Origin: Syntrophaceae bacterium UBA1411
GTDB lineage: Bacteria; Desulfobacterota; Syntrophia; Syntrophales; Smithellaceae
Reading direction: 5' to 3'
Assembly (NCBI GenBank): GCA_002304995.1
Contig: DBPV01000097.1
Location: forward strand, 7,434 to 68,554
DNA: 61,121 nucleotides
Positions 46,261-54,201 of this stretch are shown here, in pieces (positions within the stretch are counted from its first letter, which is position 1; every line of letters starts with the position of its first letter). Made by a program: the position numbers and the translations under genes. The notes under the pieces are model-generated. The model was not told where the DNA came from and did not search any database. It saw only the letters and a list, made by a program, of their open reading frames with translations.

Positions 46261-47472
46261 CTAGATTGTTTTCCCGACTACGTTTTCCCAAATGATCGAA
46301 CCGCCCATGCCCAGGCCCACGCACATGGTGGTGAGTCCGTACCTGGCTTTCGGATTCAACTCGAAATCCTGCGCCAGCTGCATGCTCAGGCGGACGCCGG
46401 AGCTGGCCAGCGGATGACCCATGGCAATGGTTCCGCCGTAAGGATTGAGTCTGGGATCTTCCGGAGTCTTCATGCCGAAGTGCTTCATGAAGCCGACCGC
46501 CTGCACGGCAAAGGCTTCGTTGAGTTCAATGATGTCGAGATCCTCGAATTTCATGCCGTAGTTTTTCAGAACCTTTTCCGTGGAGGGAACCGGTCCCCAT
46601 CCCATGACGGACGGATCGACGCCGACGAAGGCGGCGCCCACAAACTTCATCTTGGGTTTGATGCCGAGCTCTTTGCATTTTTTACCGGACATCAGAAGCG
46701 ACACGCAGGCGCCGTCGTTCAATCCCGAGGCATTCGCCGCGGTGACATGACCTTCCGCTTTGAAGGGGAACTTCCGGAGGCCTTTGATGCTCTCCAGGGT
46801 GGTTCCGCGTTTGGCCTGTTCATCACGGTCGGCAACTCTCCACCCCGTGGGGGAGAATACCGTCATATTGACGCAGTGCTTATCGTAGTAGCCGGCATCC
46901 AGTGCCTTGAAGTATCTTTCCAGGACATGGAAAGCATACTCATCCGCCTCGTCTTTGGTGACCGGCTGTTCGCCATGTTCAGGCATCCAGTCATGCAGCT
47001 TTTCGGCCGTGTTGCCCATGTTAAAGTATTTCGGTTCCACCATTTTCTCGGTAACGATCCTGGGATTCGGATCAGCACCCGCCCCCATGGGGTGGTGGGC
47101 CATGTGTTCCACACCGCCGGCAATGATCATATCGGCAACGCCTGTTCTGATATAGGACGAGCCGATGCTCTGACAGGTCATGCCGCCCGCGCACATCCGG
47201 TCCACGGAGAATCCCGCCACGGTTTCCGGCAGGCCTGACGTGAAGACAACGGTTCTGCCCATCGTGGTTCCCTGATCTCCGACCTGCGTCGTTGCGCCCA
47301 TGATACAATCATCCACCTCTCCCCATGGAACGGCAGGATTTCTTCTCACAAGCTCTTTTATGACTTTTGTAACCATGTCATCCGCACGCGTGTACCAGTA
47401 GAAACCGTCCTGTCTGGCTTTTCCGAACCATGTCCGCACGCCGTCTACAAAATACGCATCTCTTAAATCCAT
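46261..47472 (-). CDS. fadA: Acetyl-CoA C-acyltransferase (3-ketoacyl-CoA thiolase)
   Basis: DRMCAGG, NASGLNDGA, ELNEAFA, GHPLASSG, TMCVGLGMG. Confidence 0.93.
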   Translation of the reverse strand: MDLRDAYFVDGVRTWFGKARQDGFYWYTRADDMVTKVIKELVRRNPAVPWGEVDDCIMGATTQVGDQGTTMGRTVVFTSGLPETVAGFSVDRMCAGGMTCQSIGSSYIRTGVADMIIAGGVEHMAHHPMGAGADPNPRIVTEKMVEPKYFNMGNTAEKLHDWMPEHGEQPVTKDEADEYAFHVLERYFKALDAGYYDKHCVNMTVFSPTGWRVADRDEQAKRGTTLESIKGLRKFPFKAEGHVTAANASGLNDGACVSLLMSGKKCKELGIKPKMKFVGAAFVGVDPSVMGWGPVPSTEKVLKNYGMKFEDLDIIELNEAFAVQAVGFMKHFGMKTPEDPRLNPYGGTIAMGHPLASSGVRLSMQLAQDFELNPKARYGLTTMCVGLGMGGSIIWENVVGKTI

Positions 47473-47783
47473 ACATCCTCCTTGCTATGCCTGTTTATTA
47501 ACTCCTGCACAGAGATCATCCGTTACGGTGAGGCCTCCTGCGCCTCTGAGTTTTGCAGAACGCCATCCGGCGAATCCCGGTGCGATGTCACAATTCAGAT
47601 CAAACGATCAATCCGCCGGCAGCAAACCTCGTTGCTGTGCGGCTGGAGAAGCATTGGGCGGTTGACCTCAGCGGTCATCAATAAAAAAATCTAAAAGCTT
47701 TTGATTTCCTGTCGTTGCTTGCGAACCGATTATTGATACAGAATCATTTTCATCAGTTGGAAAGCCTTGTCGCTCGCAGTACT

Positions 47784-47799
47784 AGCATTCATCGTGCCA
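47784..47799 (-). promoter_or_regulatory. sigma54 (-24/-12) promoter of the fadA-fadB-ACAD operon
   Basis: - strand TGGCACGATGAATGCT (TGGCAC-N5-ATGCT). Confidence 0.85.
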
Positions 47800-47883
47800 G
47801 ACAGAGGTGCTTTTATATGTCATTAATTTAATGCGGAATTTTTTAGCCTTCCGAATTGCTGCATCAAAAAATGATTCATTACA

Positions 47884-47918
47884 GTCTCGATGAGACAATA
47901 ATGATGCGCCATGAGACA
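47884..47918. promoter_or_regulatory. Candidate enhancer (UAS) for a Fis-type sigma54 activator
   Basis: GTCTC-GAT-GAGAC palindrome (47884-47896) plus a second TGAGACA (47912-47918), 85-120 bp upstream of the -24 element. Confidence 0.6.
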
Positions 47919-47986
47919 TTTTTTAGCGATGATGGATTGGCCGGAAACAGGATCGGCATCATTAAAGGAAAGCCGCCGCGGCTTGA

Positions 47987-48625
47987 TCAGATCTTCTTGA
48001 GCTTCATGGCTTCGATCACATTTGTCACCTGGATGGCGTCTTCAATCGCCTCCTCCATGCGGTCGTACACCTGCGTCCATTTCAGGATCTCCAGAAACGT
48101 GTCTGAAAGCTCCATTCCTTTCCGGGATTCAAACAATTCGCCCATGGATACGAGTAAGAATAAATCGGTCTCCTTCTTGATCTCATTGACCTTCCGGATG
48201 GTTTGTTCGTCCGAATCCCGGGTGCGCAGTCTTTTGAGCATGGCGGAGACCTCTTCTGTGATTTCCCGGAGGCTGTCGGTCAGATCCGCGACGGGTTTGC
48301 GGGTCTCCCGGAAACCATACAGGCCGATTCGTGTGGCCACCGCCTTGACGGCATTGATGGCCTTCTCCTGAGCCATGCTGAGGTCGTGGAGGTCCTGCCG
48401 CTCGATCTGGCGGATCTGAACAAGCGATAATTCCTCCATGATGCTGCGGGTGATATCCCGGGCTTCCGCGGCCAGGCGATGAATCTCTTTGCAGGCGGCG
48501 GCGACGTCGCAGCGCGGATCGGTAAAAATGTCGTTGAGCAGTCCGACGGACGCCTGCCATTTGCCGAACTGTTCCATGAGCAGCTCAAAAAAGTTGAATC
48601 GGTTGTCCAGAAGACTGAAAGACAT
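47987..48625 (-). CDS. DUF47 (PhoU-like phosphate transport regulator) family protein
   Basis: FFELL..., IMEEL...IERQDLHDL, EILKWTQVYDRMEEAIE...VTNVIE pattern. Confidence 0.75.
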   Translation of the reverse strand: MSFSLLDNRFNFFELLMEQFGKWQASVGLLNDIFTDPRCDVAAACKEIHRLAAEARDITRSIMEELSLVQIRQIERQDLHDLSMAQEKAINAVKAVATRIGLYGFRETRKPVADLTDSLREITEEVSAMLKRLRTRDSDEQTIRKVNEIKKETDLFLLVSMGELFESRKGMELSDTFLEILKWTQVYDRMEEAIEDAIQVTNVIEAMKLKKI

Positions 48626-48634
48626 AGGGCTCCT

Positions 48635-51600
48635 TTACGGCCGGCCCGCGAACGCCGCGCCGACTTTTTTCCGATGCACCCGGCGGTTGAGCTTCGCGAA
48701 ATAAACATAAAACACCGGGGTAATGTAGAGGGTCAGAAGCTGGGAAAACAACAGCCCCCCGACGACGGCAATGCCCATGGGCTGCCTCGCTTCGGCGCCC
48801 GCCCCGTATCCCAGCGCGATGGGCAGGCTTCCGAACAGGGCCGCCATCGTGGTCATCATGATGGGGCGGAAACGGATCAGGCAGGCCCGGATAATGGACT
48901 GTTCCGTATCCATTCCTTCGGAACGCTCCGCCTCCAGGGCGAAATCGACCATCATGATGCCGTTCTTCTTGACGATGCCCACGAGGAGGATGATGCCGAC
49001 GAAGGCGTAGAGATCCAGCTGCATATGGAACAGGAACAGCGCGGCGAGCGAGCCGAATCCCGCCAGCGGCAGCGCCGTCAGGATGGTGAGCGGATGAATA
49101 AAACTCTCGTAGAGGATGCCGAGCACCATGTAGATGAGAATAATCGTGATGCCGAGCAGAAATCCCATGCTGGCAAGCGAACTCTGAAAGGCCTGGGCCG
49201 AGCCCTGAAACATCGTCCGCACCGTCGGCGGCAGCGTTTCGCCGGCCACTTTCCCGATGTTGTCCATCGCGGCGCCGATGGAGGTGTCGGGCCGGAGATT
49301 GAAGGAGATGGTGGCGGCGGGAAGCTGTCCGCTGTGGTTGATGCTCAGCGGCGACACGCCGGACCGGATTTCGGCGAAGGCGGAAAGGGGCACCAGTTTC
49401 CCCTGGGCCGATTCCACGTAAAGTTTGGAAAGCGCGGGCGGAGCGTCGCGATATTCCGGAAGGAGCTCGAGAATCACGTAATAGTAATTTGTGGAGGTGT
49501 AAATCGTGGAAACCTGGCGGCCTCCGTAGGCCGAATAAAAGGCCTCCTGGATATCCCTGAGGGTAATGTCCTGGGCGGAGGCCTTGTCGCGGTCGACGAT
49601 AATTTCCAGCCGGGGCTTGCGGATCTGCAGGTCCGATTTCACGTCCATCAGACCGGGAATGGCCTTCATCTTTTCTTCCATGAGTGTGCCGTAGGTATAA
49701 AGGTCGGCAAGCTCCGTGCTGAGCAGGGTATACTGCCAGTGGGCGGTGGTGAACCTCGCGCCGATGGTGACGGGCGGCGGATTGACCGGAGTGGCGATCA
49801 GGCCGGGAACATCGTTGAGCCGGGGCCTCAGGCGGTCAATCACCTCATCGACCGAATGCTCGCGCTCGGCCCGGGGCGGCAGGCCGACAAACACCAGCCC
49901 CGTGTTTTCGCTGATGGCCCCGACCAGGGAAACGGTTGCCGTATTCCGGATGTCCGGAGACTTAAGGAGAATGTCGTCCAGCATGTTCTGGCGATGCAGC
50001 ATGTCCTGGAAGGAGGTTTTGTCCTCGACTTGGGTGAAGATGCGGAAGTAATTCTGGTCCTGGCTGGGAATGAATCCCTTGGGAATCGTCTTGAACAGCT
50101 GCACCAGGGCGACCATGATCAGGATAGTGACAATCAGGGCCGGCAGGCGGTAGCTGAGCACGACGGCGCGCAGGGATCGTTCGTACGCCGCCAGCACCCG
50201 GCTGAAGCCCTTCTCGATGGCAGCGAAGAGGCGGCTCTTTTTGCCTTCCTGCGGACTGCCGCTTCCGAGAATCCGGCTGCACATCATGGGCGTGAGCGAC
50301 AGCGACAGGAAGCCGGAAATCAGAATGGCCGCGGCAATGCAGACGGCAAATTCGCGAAACAGGCGCCCCAGAATGCCGCCCATGAACATAATCGGAATGA
50401 ACACCACGACCAGCGAGATCGTCATGGACAGGACGGTAAAGCCGATTTCCCGCGTTCCCTTCAACGACGCCTCCAGGGGATTTTCCCCCATCTCCTTGCG
50501 GCGGATGATATTTTCCAGAACGACGACGGCGTCATCCACCACAAAGCCGATCGCCAGAGTGAGCGCCATCAGCGAGAGATTGTTGAGCGTATAGCCCATG
50601 AAATACATCACGGCAAAGGTGGCGATGAGCGACAGCGGCACCACCACGCTGGGAATCAGCGTGGGCTTCATCTCTCGGATGAAAATAAAGATGATGGCAA
50701 TGACCAGCAGAAGGGTGAGGATCATGGTGAACTGGACGTCGAAGATGGAGTCCTCAATAAAGAGAGACAGGTCATAGGCCGTCAGCATCGACACGGCGAC
50801 GGGCATCGTGTGCTTCAGATCGTTGATGCGGGCCTTGACCAGCTTGGCCACCTGGACAGTATTGGCGCCGGGCTGCTTGCGGATGCGCAGACAGACGGCC
50901 TGTCTGGCCTTGCCGTCGGTGAGGAAGCGCGCCGAAGACTTGTCGTTCTGCACACCGTCGATCACCCGCCCGAGGTCGCCCAGGCGAACGGGGTAGCCGT
51001 TTTGATAGGAAACGATGAGGGATTGAAAAGCTTTCGCCGAGGTCAGCTGTCCTTTGGCGTCCATGGTGTAGGAGGTATTGGCGCCTTCGAGGGTTCCTCC
51101 GGGCAGGTTGACATTGCCGTTCTGAATGGCGGTAAGCACCCGGTTGATGCCGATTCCGCGGTTTGCCAGAATTTCCGGATTCAGCTGAACGCGAACCGCG
51201 TATTTTTGCGGAGGAATGGCGTCCACTTCGGCGATGCCGGGCACGGTGGAAAGCTGGGGGATCAGGATATTTTCGGCGTAGTCGTTCATTTCGGTGACGG
51301 GAATCGTGTCCGAAACCAGAGAAACGACCATGATGGGCATGTCCGCCGGATTGACTTTCTTGTAGGCCGGCGGCGCGGGCATGTTGCGCGGCAGGACGCC
51401 GGAAGCGGCGTTGATGGCGGCGCTGACGTCCTGGGCGGCGGCATCGATGCTCCGCTCCAGATCAAACTGGATGCTGATGGCGGTGGTTCCCAGGGTGCTG
51501 GTGGAAACCATTGAGCTGACGGAGGGAATGGAGGAGAAGGATTTCTCCAGCGGCGTCGCCACCGTCGCCGCCATTGTTTCGGGGCTGGCCCCGGGAAGGG

Positions 51601-51748
51601 ATGCCGTGACCGTCACCGTGGGGAACTCCACGTTGGGCAGATTGTTGATGGGAAGCTGCCGGTAGCTCAGCACGCCCAGGAGAAGAAGACCCGACATCAC
51701 GAGAATGGTCATCACCGGCCGTCGGATCCAGATTTCGGAGAAGTTCAT
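48635..51748 (-). CDS. RND efflux permease (MdtB/MdtC-like)
   Basis: IRRPVMT, LPGASPETMA-x-x-VATPLE, VVDDAVVVLEN, IVKKNGIMMVDFA, RFRPIMMTT. Confidence 0.95.
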   Translation of the reverse strand: MNFSEIWIRRPVMTILVMSGLLLLGVLSYRQLPINNLPNVEFPTVTVTASLPGASPETMAATVATPLEKSFSSIPSVSSMVSTSTLGTTAISIQFDLERSIDAAAQDVSAAINAASGVLPRNMPAPPAYKKVNPADMPIMVVSLVSDTIPVTEMNDYAENILIPQLSTVPGIAEVDAIPPQKYAVRVQLNPEILANRGIGINRVLTAIQNGNVNLPGGTLEGANTSYTMDAKGQLTSAKAFQSLIVSYQNGYPVRLGDLGRVIDGVQNDKSSARFLTDGKARQAVCLRIRKQPGANTVQVAKLVKARINDLKHTMPVAVSMLTAYDLSLFIEDSIFDVQFTMILTLLLVIAIIFIFIREMKPTLIPSVVVPLSLIATFAVMYFMGYTLNNLSLMALTLAIGFVVDDAVVVLENIIRRKEMGENPLEASLKGTREIGFTVLSMTISLVVVFIPIMFMGGILGRLFREFAVCIAAAILISGFLSLSLTPMMCSRILGSGSPQEGKKSRLFAAIEKGFSRVLAAYERSLRAVVLSYRLPALIVTILIMVALVQLFKTIPKGFIPSQDQNYFRIFTQVEDKTSFQDMLHRQNMLDDILLKSPDIRNTATVSLVGAISENTGLVFVGLPPRAEREHSVDEVIDRLRPRLNDVPGLIATPVNPPPVTIGARFTTAHWQYTLLSTELADLYTYGTLMEEKMKAIPGLMDVKSDLQIRKPRLEIIVDRDKASAQDITLRDIQEAFYSAYGGRQVSTIYTSTNYYYVILELLPEYRDAPPALSKLYVESAQGKLVPLSAFAEIRSGVSPLSINHSGQLPAATISFNLRPDTSIGAAMDNIGKVAGETLPPTVRTMFQGSAQAFQSSLASMGFLLGITIILIYMVLGILYESFIHPLTILTALPLAGFGSLAALFLFHMQLDLYAFVGIILLVGIVKKNGIMMVDFALEAERSEGMDTEQSIIRACLIRFRPIMMTTMAALFGSLPIALGYGAGAEARQPMGIAVVGGLLFSQLLTLYITPVFYVYFAKLNRRVHRKKVGAAFAGRP

Positions 51749-51821
51749 ATTTTTGCCGCCCTATGCGTTGCCGCTCCTCTTTGCCCCCGGTCCGCCGGCG
51801 TCGGCGGAAACCTGCCGGAGA

Positions 51822-52985
51822 TTATTTTTCCAGGGCTCCTTCCAGGGAAGGTTTGATGATGACGGGGAATCCACTTTGAAGCTTGTTCTGGCCGTTCGTT
51901 ACCACCGTCTCCCCGGCGGCAACGCCGCGAACAATGACGGCATACGGGCCATAGAGCCGGTCGACCGTGACGGGCCGCAGCTGCGCCTTCATTTTCGGAT
52001 CGACGACGAAAACATAGCCGCCGCTCTGCCCGGTTTGCACCGCCTGAGACGGAATGATGACGGCGTTTGCCTCGGTGGCAAGAATCATTTGGACCGTGAC
52101 GAATTGTCCGGGCCAGAAAATCAGGCCTGTATTGGGAAATTCGGCTTTCAGGGTGATCATGCCGGTCTTGGCATCGACGGCGTTGTCGATGAAGGTCAGC
52201 TTTCCGCCGGCTGCCGAACCGCCGGCGCCGGCGATCCGCGCCGTCGTCCGCAACGTTCCGGCGGCGGCGACCTTTTTCACATCGGCCAGGTATTTTTCAG
52301 GGACGGCGAAGCGCACAAAAATCGGCCGGAGCTGATTGATGACGACAAGCGGCGTGCGATTGGCTTCAAGGATGGAACCCTGGCGCAGCAGCAGGGCGCC
52401 CGTCCGGCCGGAGATCGGCGCGCGGATGGTGCAGTAGGACAGATTGAGGCGCGCCTGCTCCAGATCGGCTTCATCGGCGCGAATGACGGCCAGCTGAGCC
52501 GCTTCATCGGTCCGGTACTTGTCGTATTCCGACCGGGAAACGGCGCCCTCTTTAATCAAATCGTTGTGGCGGTCGGCTTCCGCCTTCTTGAACTCATGGA
52601 GCGCCTTGTCGCGGGCCAGCTGCGATTGGGCGGCGCTCAGCTTTTCCTGGAAAGGCGCCTGATCGACGGTCATGAGCAGATCGCCTCCCGACACATCCTG
52701 GCCTTCCCGGAAGTGGATGTTCATAAGCTGCCCGGTTACACGAGCCATGACGGTAACGGAGTTGTAGGCTTCAACGGTCCCTACGGCCTCGACGGAAACG
52801 GGGATTGACCGGGCCTGGGCCAAAGCCGTTGTTACCGGAACCCCCTTCATTTTCGGCGGCGGCGCCTTCGGGGAGCAAGCCCCGATGAATCCGGCGGTGA
52901 GAAGAAGAGCGGTTACGATGACGAACGTTCGGAATCTTTGCCGGAGGGGCTCACAGAAAAGGGTACGGCCGAAAAAGGAAATCAA
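51822..52985 (-). CDS. RND periplasmic adaptor (MdtA-like)
   Basis: Probable TTG start at 52985, 8 nt after GAGGAG; lipobox IGAC; TIRAPISGRTG, FIDNAVD...G, WPGQFV. Confidence 0.9.
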   Translation of the reverse strand: MISFFGRTLFCEPLRQRFRTFVIVTALLLTAGFIGACSPKAPPPKMKGVPVTTALAQARSIPVSVEAVGTVEAYNSVTVMARVTGQLMNIHFREGQDVSGGDLLMTVDQAPFQEKLSAAQSQLARDKALHEFKKAEADRHNDLIKEGAVSRSEYDKYRTDEAAQLAVIRADEADLEQARLNLSYCTIRAPISGRTGALLLRQGSILEANRTPLVVINQLRPIFVRFAVPEKYLADVKKVAAAGTLRTTARIAGAGGSAAGGKLTFIDNAVDAKTGMITLKAEFPNTGLIFWPGQFVTVQMILATEANAVIIPSQAVQTGQSGGYVFVVDPKMKAQLRPVTVDRLYGPYAVIVRGVAAGETVVTNGQNKLQSGFPVIIKPSLEGALEK

Positions 52986-53041
52986 TGGTTTGTCTCCTCG
53001 ATGGCGTTTGTCGGACCTGTGCCGGGTGGGCACGTGGAGAC

Positions 53042-53070
53042 TATATAATCTTTCTTTGCCGCCAATTCAA
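53042..53070 (-). promoter_or_regulatory. Candidate sigma70 promoter for mdtA-mdtB-DUF47
   Basis: - strand TTGAAT-N17-TATATA. Confidence 0.5.
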
Positions 53071-53172
53071 GCCTTGAGTGGAAAATCGGCAGGAATTTAC
53101 AATTCGCGCGGCTCCTTTCGGGGGGGCGACCGGCGTCCGGCCGGGCGTCGGCGCCCCAAAAGCCTTGAGGTC

Positions 53173-53913
53173 TTAAAACCCGAACAGCGCGCTTTGCATG
53201 ACGGGCGTCATCAGGCAGACCTGCTGTGTCGTCAGGTAAACGCCGCGCAGTCTGTGCGTGCTTCGGCGATAGGCTCTTGCATGTTCTTCTGACCAGAAGA
53301 ATACGCTCTCGCGTCAAAAGGCGCTGATGATGCTTTCATCTGCGAGACCGGTCAGATCGACATGCGGAATAAAGATCACCGGTTCGCAGCCGCCTTCCGC
53401 CCGAAAGGACAGGTCGCTGCCGATGGTCATCGTCATCGGCATGCCGCAGTGGGCGCAGGACGTATGGACGGTTGCCGTAAGCGATTCATTTCTCAGTCGC
53501 CCCTGCACGAAGGGCGTCGCAAACGCGTCAGCGGCTCAGGCGGCGTAAATCGATTCGCCCGTATTGAAAATCACCCGGTGCGGTGTCTGTTCGACCGTCA
53601 CCGGATACGCCCAGACGACGTTACCCGCCGCATTGCGGTAGAGAAACGTCATGTGTCCCTGCAGGTCGTCCAGAAGGGTTTCCACCCGCGCGAGCGTCAT
53701 GCCCAGGTCGCGCGCGATGGACGCGGGCTCCAGCGGCTTTCCCGAAAAAGGCAGCTTGCGGACCGCGTAATGATGCACCCGCCGGTGGTCCGGCGTCATA
53801 AAGGCCATATTGGCCACGATTTTGTCCCGGCCTCTGGCGCGCTGCCCGTCCAGCATCGCGGGCGGGATATTGAGCATGCAGCGCCACAATCCCATCATAA
53901 TTTTATTCTTCAT
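53173..53913 (-). CDS. MerB-like (organomercurial lyase family) protein with two in-frame UGA codons, predicted double selenoprotein (246 aa)
   Basis: ATG 53913 after GGAGG. Reading through TGA 53536-53538 and TGA 53314-53316 gives ...GESIYAA-U-AADAFATPF...SCAHCG...IISAF-U-RESVFFWSEEHA...SALFGF*TAA(53173-53175). These align with MerB YAW-C96-ALD99 and F-C159-xxVxFF. Confidence 0.85.
53279..53313 (-). other. Bacterial SECIS element after the second UGA
   Basis: UGA-N12-UUCUUCU-GGUC-AGAAGAA: 7-bp perfect stem, GGUC apical loop as in the E. coli fdhF SECIS, lower stem GCGU/AUGC. Confidence 0.85.
53496..53535 (-). other. Bacterial SECIS-like element after the first UGA
   Basis: UGA-N19-CGCCCUU-CGUGC-AGGGGCG: 7-bp stem (one GU pair), G at the second loop position. 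Confidence 0.65.
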
Positions 53914-54152
53914 CGACACCTCCCGTTTTGTCGGTCTGGCGGCGATCCTGCACTATGAAGCTATCGTCGGGTCAAGAATTATTTTGCCGGCAAAGTGTCC
54001 AAGATTAATGTCGCGCCCCGATATTTTTTCGCTCGCGGAGAAAGCCGGGCTGAAATGCAGGGCGGACCTTCAGATCCGCCAATGGCAGAGCGCGGAAGTG
54101 GAAGTAAGAGCGGTACAGTGTGGGGAAGGGGCTTGCCACAAACAAGGGTCGT

Positions 54153-54201
54153 CCATCCACCATCCACCATCCACCATCCACCAGTCACCAGTCACCATTC
54201 A
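54153..54201. repeat. Tandem heptanucleotide repeat, 7 units
   Basis: (CCATCCA)4(CCAGTCA)2(CCATTCA), abutting the malic enzyme stop codon. Confidence 0.9.

Noticed and set aside
48479-51514. 1011-aa + strand ORF, and similar long ORFs such as 1276-2859, 8868-10295, 22275-24212, 42837-44147 and 56027-57490
   Set aside because: Antisense shadows of well-supported genes in GC-rich DNA; no recognisable motifs.
53314-53919. Two separate small genes or a MerB pseudogene, as implied by the ORF track
   Set aside because: Both stops are TGA at catalytic Cys positions, the frame is continuous, MerB similarity resumes after each, and SECIS-like hairpins are present.
54153-54201. CRISPR array
   Set aside because: Contiguous 7-nt units without spacers; no cas genes in the window. 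The 60011-60230 motifs are also too short and irregular.
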